From Oligoflexia bacterium (GTDB lineage: Bacteria; Bdellovibrionota; UBA1018), in assembly GCA_963758495.1 (NCBI GenBank), contig CAVWVI010000003.1:1485440-1549439 (forward strand): 64,000 bases of DNA, read 5' to 3'. Shown here piece by piece: positions 32,407-39,332 of this stretch (position 1 is the first letter of the stretch; each line of letters starts with the position of its first letter). A program made the translations under genes and the position numbers. The notes beneath the pieces are model-generated. The model saw only the letters and a program-made list of their open reading frames with translations, was not told the origin of the DNA and did not search any database.

Positions 32407-32551
32407 ATAATGATAATAATCAAGTATAGTTTTAGAAACATTTTATTAATCAGTCACTTTCTAATTGACGACACTAGACAAAGCAACGAGTTTAGATTAA
32501 TGAAAGATGCTAAGTTTTATATGTTTGTCTGCTGAGCTCAGTTTTTAATAT

Positions 32552-32626
32552 TCAGGAGTAGCTCAGTGGTAGAGCAGCCGGCTGTTAACCGGCTGGTCGG
32601 GGGTTCGAATCCCTCCTCCTGAGCCA
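32552..32626 (+). tRNA. tRNA-Asn (anticodon GUU)
   Basis: The acceptor is TCAGGAG/CTCCTGA followed by G and CCA. The D-arm is GCTC-AGTGGTA-GAGC. The anticodon stem GCCGG/CCGGC carries the loop CTGTTAA. The T-arm is GGGGG-TTCGAAT-CCCTC. Confidence 0.95.
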
Positions 32627-32638
32627 TTATTCAGCACC

Positions 32639-32681
32639 AAATCCCTCGTAGATCATTGAATCTACGGGGGATTTTTATTTT
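32639..32681 (+). terminator. Hairpin plus T-tract immediately after tRNA-Asn
   Basis: AAATCCCTCGTAGAT (32639-32653) pairs with ATCTACGGGGGATTT (32660-32674) with one G-T pair. TTATTTT follows. Confidence 0.6.
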
Positions 32682-32713
32682 GTGGGTGTGGACGTGGTGC
32701 AGAATGTTCGGTC

Positions 32714-33079
32714 GTGATTTCAGGTACCTATACGATTTGGTGCAGAGGCTCGTTTTTTATGAAATGGAATGAATTGGATCTGAAAATCTCGTTGTCTCCA
32801 TCGCAGGCTGTAGCCATGCAGGCGATGATTGAGAAGTTTCTCGCGAGAAAACAGCACTTTTTTTGTGAGCCGGTCCTTGAGAGCAATACGTTAAAAATAA
32901 ATTCTAGCGACTTCATCAACTTCTTGGATCAGGCGGAATTTGGGAATGAGTTTGATCAGTTCAGATTAAAAGCGGCGGCAGTAAAGGCGATCTGCGCAGC
33001 GAAGGTCCGAAAACGGGACCCTCTTGTAGTCCAACATTATCGACGTTGCGAAGAAATCGTGCGTGAATTAAATCGCTGA
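32714..33079 (+). CDS. Hypothetical protein, the first ORF of island A
   Basis: The ORF opens with GTG at 32714, and a more plausible ATG lies at 32759 (MKWNELD). I recognise no motif. Confidence 0.45.
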   Translation: MISGTYTIWCRGSFFMKWNELDLKISLSPSQAVAMQAMIEKFLARKQHFFCEPVLESNTLKINSSDFINFLDQAEFGNEFDQFRLKAAAVKAICAAKVRKRDPLVVQHYRRCEEIVRELNR

Positions 33080-33101
33080 ACAATATAAGGTTTCAACCAA
33101 T

Positions 33102-34048
33102 ATGATTAGCGAACAGAGGTACATTGCTCGGCTACTTTTCAAGAATAAAGTTCTGAAGAGTGATGGCCAGGCTTTCGAGGACCTTTTCACTGCTATCATG
33201 ACCAAGGCCAATCCCAACTTTACTCCGGTGAAACCTCAGGGGTCAATTGGCGATCGAAAAAATGACGGCTGGGATAGAACAAAGGGGATTTATTACCAAG
33301 TTTATGCGCCGGAAAACCTAACTGCAAAACAATCTGATGCGATCAATAAACTTGAAGAAGATTTTAAAGGCCTCAAGGCTGCGTGGAACGATATTGTTCC
33401 GATTCGAGAATTTCATTACGTTTTGAATGACAAGGGCAAGGGTTCCTATCCGACGCTTGAAGTGGCTTTAGCCAACATTAAGCGTGACCATTCATTGGAC
33501 GAAGCACTGCCATTCCTCATCAAGGACCTCGAGGAGGCGGTTTTCTCTCTTAGTGACGACGTAATTTTTGAAATTATTGGTCACGTTCCGTCGCCAACTT
33601 TAATAGAGAACATCCAATTCTCCGCCTTGAACGAGGTTGTTGATCATCTACATAAGCATGGAAAAGGCCTAACCCGAGACGACGTATTAAATGCTCCTGA
33701 TTTTGAAGATAAAATCAGGATAACGGCTTAACTCAGCCCATCGCGGCTATGTTGCAAACAGCAAGTTATCAGGTCGGGGAAATAGAGCGATATTTCGGGA
33801 TGAACAGCCAATACGCAAAGGATGATTTGAAAGCATACTTTGTGGCGTGCTATCTAGCCGCGAAAAATCAATGGAAGGACGAAGGCGAGTCTACAAGAGC
33901 TGATCAGGTATTCTTTTCTGTTCTCGATCAAGCGGTTCCGAAAAACTCTCGTCCTTATCAGGATGCGGCTCTTGTTGTGATGGCCTACTTTTTTGAGGCT
34001 TGCGATATTTTCGAAGCACCTGGGGGCGGCCATGTTGCTACCCACTAA
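33102..34048 (+). CDS. ABC-3C-like effector component: nuclease-like N-domain plus helical C-terminal domain. It has one frame break.
   Basis: The N-terminal GDRKNDGWD...YYQVYAP resembles a PD-(D/E)xK core. The C-terminal piece ends ...AALVVMAYFFEACDIFEAP. The two ORF-track pieces (33102-33731 and 33749-34048) join if the A4 run at 33711-33714 is read as A5, giving FEDKNQDNGLTQPIAAMLQTASYQ. Confidence 0.6.
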
Positions 34049-34280
34049 ACACACAAAACTGGGAGAGTCGATTTTGGGTTTGGGTTCTTTCGTTCTTGGA
34101 GCGCTGACGAAACCAAAAACAATCGATGAGCTATGGGCCGAGTTTCAAGCTGTGAATAACACCGATGCGTTTCCGGCCCATCATTCATTCGACAATTTAG
34201 TTTTAGCCCTAGATTTTTTGTTCATGACAGGTGTGGTCGCTCAAGAGGAGCGAGGAAAGTTCAGACGTGAAGCTCGTTAG
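34032..34280 (+). CDS. ABC-3C-like small middle component (about 83 aa)
   Basis: The ATG at 34032 overlaps the effector stop (34046-34048). It is a small helical protein (MLLPTKHTKLGESILGLGSFVLGALTKPKTIDELW...FDNLVLALDFLFMTGVV) placed between the effector and the ATPase. Confidence 0.55.
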   Translation: MLLPTKHTKLGESILGLGSFVLGALTKPKTIDELWAEFQAVNNTDAFPAHHSFDNLVLALDFLFMTGVVAQEERGKFRREAR

Positions 34281-35988
34281 GCTTTTTGCAAACAAGCCGA
34301 GTTTTCACCCTGTGAAATTCAACCCCACAGGACTGACGCTCATTCTTGGCAAAGAGGCTGGGTCTGGTGAAAAGAAGAAGACCTATAATGGCGTTGGAAA
34401 ATCGTTAATCATACGGCTGGTTGATTTCTGTTTGGGCTGTAAAGCCATAGAGTCCTTTGAAAAGAATCTGCCTGGCTGGGAATTTTCACTGACCTTCGAG
34501 ATAAATGGAACCGAGCATACTGCCTCCCGGGCTACACTTGCTCAGTCGGCAATAGTCCTTGATGACAAAGAAATAAAACTTGATGAATATAAGAAGTTCC
34601 TCGAAGAAAATGTTTTCGATTTAGAGTCCGACTTATCTCTCTCATTTCGTTCTCTTATTTCGCGATTCCTTCGCCCGAGTAAAGCAGCATATACCAAGCC
34701 CGAGATATTTGGTGCTAAGGAACAGCCATATAACTGTCTTCTGAATAACGGATTTTTACTTGGTCTTGACCCGCATCTAATTAAGGCTAAGCGTGACAAA
34801 AAGAAAGAATTGGATGACACGTTTACCAAAAAGCAAAACTTCGATAAGGACCCAATTCTTCGAGAATTCTATTCTGGCACAAAAGATGCCGATTTAGAGC
34901 TTCAGGCATTGGACGAAAAAATTGCCGCATTAGATCGCAACCTCGCAGTTTTTGATGTAGCTGAAGACTACCATCAAATTCGAGCCGAAGCTGATTTGTG
35001 TTCTAAGAAGACTCGCGACCTCGAAAACACAGCGGTCGTTTATCAAAATTCCATTTCTAACATTGAGCAATCACTTAAGACTCGCGCAGATATCCCAAAA
35101 GAACGAGTTATTCGGCTTTACGAGGAAGCGCAATTTCATTTTTCTGATAAAAATCTTCGCTCCCTAGACGAAGTTCTCGAATTCCAAGCCACCCTTCTTG
35201 CTAATCGCAAGAAAAGACTGCTCGAGCAGAAAAAAGCGCTCTCGGAACGTCTATCTAAGGCCGAGCAAGAGAGAAAGGAATTGGGAAAGAAGCTCGATGA
35301 GGCTCTAAAATACCTAAATTCACACAGGGCGCTTGATGATTTTGTAGCAGTGTCGAATCATCGAAACGATTTAAATGCACGAGTAGGAAAAATAAGGGAT
35401 TACCAACAACTCATCAAACAATATGAATTGAGATTAGAAGAAATCAAGATCGACTTAAAGCGCCAAAACATCAAAGCCCAGAGATATCTTGACGAACACC
35501 AAGCGGCAATAGATCAGAACACCAGTCTTTTTCGAGTTCTCGCGAAGCGTTTCTATCAAGAAAAACAAGGTAGAATTTCGATTTCAAACAACGACGGTGA
35601 AAATCAGCAACGCTTTAACATTGAAGCCAAGATCCAAGACGACGCTTCTGATGGAATCAACGAAGTAAAAATTTTCTGTTTTGACCTCACCATCCTCCTT
35701 GCTCGACAGGGACATAAGGTTGACTTTCTATTTCATGACAGCCGACTTTTTGCCGACATTGATTACCGTCAGCGCGAAACCCTTTTTAGGGTGGTACATG
35801 AATATAGCAATGCTAAGGGATTTCAATACATTGCCTCCGTAAATGAAGATCAGATAAATTCCTTCAAACAGAATCTGACCGAGCAGGAATACAAGGAGAT
35901 CATCACCGACAGCGTGACATTGGAACTTACCGATGAATCTCCAAAGAATAAGCTGCTAGGCATCGAGATTGATATGGATTACGAATAA
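34267..35988 (+). CDS. Coiled-coil ABC ATPase (DUF2326-like) of an ABC-3C-like system
   Basis: The N-terminal half-site is LTLILGKEAGSGEKKKTYNGVGKSLIIRLVDFCLG, with the Walker A lysine in GVGKS. About 350 aa of K/E/L/Q-rich predicted coiled coil follow. The C-terminal half-site is ASDGINEVKIFCFDLTILLA...VDFLFHDSRLFADID (signature-like motif plus Walker B and D-loop). A GTG at 34267 overlaps the middle-component stop. The ORF track opens at 34231. Confidence 0.7.
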   Translation: MKLVRLFANKPSFHPVKFNPTGLTLILGKEAGSGEKKKTYNGVGKSLIIRLVDFCLGCKAIESFEKNLPGWEFSLTFEINGTEHTASRATLAQSAIVLDDKEIKLDEYKKFLEENVFDLESDLSLSFRSLISRFLRPSKAAYTKPEIFGAKEQPYNCLLNNGFLLGLDPHLIKAKRDKKKELDDTFTKKQNFDKDPILREFYSGTKDADLELQALDEKIAALDRNLAVFDVAEDYHQIRAEADLCSKKTRDLENTAVVYQNSISNIEQSLKTRADIPKERVIRLYEEAQFHFSDKNLRSLDEVLEFQATLLANRKKRLLEQKKALSERLSKAEQERKELGKKLDEALKYLNSHRALDDFVAVSNHRNDLNARVGKIRDYQQLIKQYELRLEEIKIDLKRQNIKAQRYLDEHQAAIDQNTSLFRVLAKRFYQEKQGRISISNNDGENQQRFNIEAKIQDDASDGINEVKIFCFDLTILLARQGHKVDFLFHDSRLFADIDYRQRETLFRVVHEYSNAKGFQYIASVNEDQINSFKQNLTEQEYKEIITDSVTLELTDESPKNKLLGIEIDMDYE

Positions 35989-35995
35989 GCGTCGA

Positions 35996-36776
35996 TTACT
36001 CAATCAACGAAATCCCCTCCCGCAACTGTTCTTCACTCTTCAAGTCCTTCTGAATTTGCTCCCATAGGTGGATGTACCTTTTAGTGGTGCTGATATCCGC
36101 ATGACCGAGCACAAGTGAGCACAGAAAAATATTTCCCATGACCATTCCCGTAAATTCTGTGGCAAACGTATGTCGGCAACAGTGTGGCGTATAAGGCCCG
36201 ATCTTATGACGACTACAGATCGACCTGAGATAATTACCAAAGACGTTTTTGTTCAAACCGTCAAAGAGCAGGTAGTTCTTTGGATCAGCTCCGTAAGGTT
36301 GTTTCTTGAAAAGCTCCTTCTGCTGAAGCCAGAGCTCGGCCAGAATGTTGAACGTTTCTTTATTGAGAATTGGGATCGTCCGTCCATGCTGGGACGAGAT
36401 AACCCTTTTTCCTTTGAGCGGTTTCCGAGCGACGATTCCATCGGCGCTTCTGAGCGCAAACCTGCATCCGGGTTGGCTTTCCAAAACAAGATAGCCAAAA
36501 TACTGGATCCCCTCTTTCTTGAGTTGGGCAGCCAGGCTTTTATTGGAGATCTCACCCTTGAACAGGTCATCCAATGAAAGACCAAGCCCTTCATTGATCC
36601 TCAGACCGGTATCAACCAGAACTTTGAAGAAGTAGGCCGCTAACTTGGATTGCTCATGTAGGGCGGGATAGATGATTTCCTTCTCCGATGGTGAAATCAC
36701 GGACTCCGCGTCTTTCTGGTTTTCAAGGTGTCTTGCGAATTGTGGGCATTGATCGAGTCGCTCGATCTTGTTCTTA
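35996..36776 (-). CDS. Tyrosine recombinase (short or N-terminally truncated), abutting the IS21 end
   Basis: Catalytic residues are R in VDTGLRINEGLGL, HxxR in HCCRHTFAT, and H/Y in LGHADISTTKRYIH. The apparent TTG start codon of the ORF-track model (36779-36781) lies inside the IS terminal repeat. Confidence 0.75.
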
Positions 36777-36930
36777 TGCAAAATTTCATTATAGGGATCA
36801 CCCCGATTTCAAGTTAGGGATCACCTCAATTTCATCGTAGGGATCACCCTGATTTCACTATTGGGATCACCCCTCGGAGCGCCAAAACAGGCGGGTGTAT
36901 AGTCCTCTTCAATTAAAAAGGAGAGAACTG

Positions 36931-38442
36931 ATGGCCCGGAAAGGATTAACTGTGGCGCGTGTAGAGGATATTAAAAGACTCATTAGAGAGGGACAATCAA
37001 ACAAGTTTATAGCGCGAGCTCTGAAGTGTCGGAGGACACTAGTTGCAGATCTTAGAACCCAAATGGATCAACCTAATGAAGAATTAGCGAGTCCAGCTAA
37101 AAGCCCACTTTGGATTGAACTTGTAGACTGGATAGAGATAGCTAAAGAAATTTCCCTAGGATTTGAACTCCTAAGAATATGGGAGGAGAAGGCAAGCCCA
37201 GTCACGAGTTATTCGAATTTCTGGAAGACTCTGCAGCGTAAGTTTCCCCACCTACTCAAAGCAACAGTGACCTTAAGAGACTTCGCTCCCGGAAGTCAAT
37301 GTGAGGTGGACTATGCCGGAGATAAGATTGAATGGATCAATTCTCAAGGTGAGATTCATTATGCGCATATTTTTATCGGGGCACTGGCTTTCAGTCAGTA
37401 TTTGTTTGCCTGGGCCTCTGAAGATGAAAAGAGTCGAAACTGGCTATTGGCCCATCAAAAAATGTACACTCACTTCCAGGGTGTCCCAGCCGTTACAGTC
37501 TGTGATTGCCTTAAGAACGGTGTAATTAAAGCCCACCGATATGATCCAGATCTGAATCCAGCTTATACTGAATTGGCAACTCATTACGGAACAGCAATTG
37601 TTCCAGCAAGGCCCCGACGCCCAAAGGACAAGCCTATCGTCGAAGGAGCTGTGAAATTGATCATGAGACTATTCAGGTGGAACTATAGACGACACACGTT
37701 CTTCTCTCTTGATGAAATTAACAGAGCACTTTCTGAAGTGGTGAAGCAGATCAATGAAAGAAGTCATACACGATTTAAAACTTCTCGATTGGAGCGCTGG
37801 CAGCTTCTTGAAAAGAAGGCTCTGAAGGCTCTCCCTGATTCTCCATTTGAATCCATTGAATGGACAAAAGCAAGAGTCCACCCTGATTCCACCATTTCTG
37901 TGGATCAAGTATTTTACTCAGTGCCATACCTTTATCGGGGAAAAGAGGTACGAGTTAAGTTAACTCAGAATCAGGTTGAGATTTTTTATGAAAATCAAAG
38001 ACTAGCCATCCACGCCAGACACCGAAGACATGCCTCAAGAGTGATTCAAAATGATCATTTACCTCCTAATTCACAAGCATATCGTGAAGCTACGCCACAG
38101 AATCTATTATCACAAGCAAGATTTATTCACTCAGATCTAAGGTCTTTAGTGGATGACTTATTTAATGAAAATGCACTTGGGAATATTAGAAGAGTGCAGG
38201 GACTTCTGAGGGTTGCTCAGGAGGAGATCAAAAGCTCCGGAAGGGCATTGGCAGAACCTCGAATTATAAATGCCATTCAGCAGATGAGACGCTTTGAAAA
38301 AATCCGAGTGACCTACTTCCGAGAATGTCTCAATGGTCTTAAGAAACACCAATTTTCTCAGGCTCAGGATTTTAATATCCAGAGAATGCCTGGAAACCCC
38401 ATGCTTCGCCAGGCAAATGCGAAGTCTGAGGTAGCAACCTAA
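36931..38442 (+). CDS. istA: IS21-family transposase IstA
   Basis: It has an N-terminal HTH (VEDIKRLIREGQSNKFIARAL) and a DDE region (CEVDYAGDKI, VTVCDCLKNGV, DKPIVEGAVK). The ORF track opens at GTG 36895. Confidence 0.9.
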   Translation: MARKGLTVARVEDIKRLIREGQSNKFIARALKCRRTLVADLRTQMDQPNEELASPAKSPLWIELVDWIEIAKEISLGFELLRIWEEKASPVTSYSNFWKTLQRKFPHLLKATVTLRDFAPGSQCEVDYAGDKIEWINSQGEIHYAHIFIGALAFSQYLFAWASEDEKSRNWLLAHQKMYTHFQGVPAVTVCDCLKNGVIKAHRYDPDLNPAYTELATHYGTAIVPARPRRPKDKPIVEGAVKLIMRLFRWNYRRHTFFSLDEINRALSEVVKQINERSHTRFKTSRLERWQLLEKKALKALPDSPFESIEWTKARVHPDSTISVDQVFYSVPYLYRGKEVRVKLTQNQVEIFYENQRLAIHARHRRHASRVIQNDHLPPNSQAYREATPQNLLSQARFIHSDLRSLVDDLFNENALGNIRRVQGLLRVAQEEIKSSGRALAEPRIINAIQQMRRFEKIRVTYFRECLNGLKKHQFSQAQDFNIQRMPGNPMLRQANAKSEVAT

Positions 38443-38473
38443 TATTGCCGCAATCAATAAAATAAGGAGAATA

Positions 38474-39238
38474 ATGATTATGAGTCCAACTCAAATCAGA
38501 CAACTATTGTCTGAGCTCAGGTTAAATGGAATTGCAGACACACTCGAGAAAACCCTAACAGATGGCACTCAGGCTGGGTGGAGTTACTTAGAGTTTTTAA
38601 ATGTCTTACTTCAAGCAGAGTCAGACCATCGGAACAAAAAGAAAATAGAGAGCCGAATCAAGAATTCCAAGTTGAAGCGATCCGCATCCTTCGAAGACTT
38701 TGACTTCACAGCCAAAAGAAGTATTACGAAAACGCAGGTAAAAGAACTACATTCTATGAAATGGCTCGAAGATGGCCGACCACTGCTCCTCATCGGGCAA
38801 ACTGGCGTGGGTAAAACATATCTATCCCAAGCGATTGGACTCAGAGCATGTCAGTTGGGAAAAACGGTGATCTTCCTGTCGGCAAGCACATTCCTAGAGC
38901 AACAAATCCTTGCGAGAAGTACCCATAGCTATCTCAAATTCAAAGAAAAGCTCACAAAGCCCGACTTGCTCATTATTGACGATTTTGGACTTAGAAAATT
39001 TAATCCATTGGAGGCTGAAGACTTGAGAGAGATCTTAGAAGAGAGATCCTATGGGAAATCCACTCTTGTCACTACTCAGTTACCCCTGGAACACTGGGCT
39101 GAGGTTCTTCCAGATCCAGTTCTCTCAGAAGCAATCATTGACCGAATTGAGGGGATGGCTGTTCAGATAAAAATTACTGGCGAGAGTTATAGACGAATAA
39201 AAGCAAAAAAACTTGATCAACTTAAAGAGACGCAGTAA
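38474..39238 (+). CDS. istB: IS21-family helper ATPase IstB
   Basis: Walker A is LLIGQTGVGKTYL and Walker B is LLIIDDFG. Confidence 0.92.
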   Translation: MIMSPTQIRQLLSELRLNGIADTLEKTLTDGTQAGWSYLEFLNVLLQAESDHRNKKKIESRIKNSKLKRSASFEDFDFTAKRSITKTQVKELHSMKWLEDGRPLLLIGQTGVGKTYLSQAIGLRACQLGKTVIFLSASTFLEQQILARSTHSYLKFKEKLTKPDLLIIDDFGLRKFNPLEAEDLREILEERSYGKSTLVTTQLPLEHWAEVLPDPVLSEAIIDRIEGMAVQIKITGESYRRIKAKKLDQLKETQ

Positions 39239-39332
39239 CAATCGTCGCTTCGCTCCGAGGGGTGATCCCTACGATGAAATTGAGGTGATCCCTAACTTGA
39301 AATCGGGGTGCTCCCATCTCTGAAATTGCGCA

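Larger units (their letters stand above)
36777..39332 (+). mobile_element. IS21-family insertion sequence, copy 1
   Basis: The terminal inverted repeats are TGCAAAATTTCA...GGGATCACCCC (left) and GGGGTGCTCCC...TGAAATTGCGCA (right). Reiterated GGGATCACC sites occur four times at the left end (36794-36880) and three times at the right end (39259-39315). It encodes an istA/istB pair. Confidence 0.88.

Noticed and set aside
36794-36880. Regularly spaced GGGATCACC repeats, four copies about 22 bp apart, that superficially resemble a mini-CRISPR array.
   Set aside because: The same repeats occur inverted at 39259-39315, and together they bracket an istA/istB pair. They are the reiterated terminal transposase-binding sites typical of IS21-family ends.
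39222-39332. The last 36 codons of the 720-aa ORF-track model (…ISEMGAPRFQVRDHLNFIVGITPRSEATIVTASL).
   Set aside because: This stretch is read-through into the IS21 right terminal repeat, so it is not native coding sequence.
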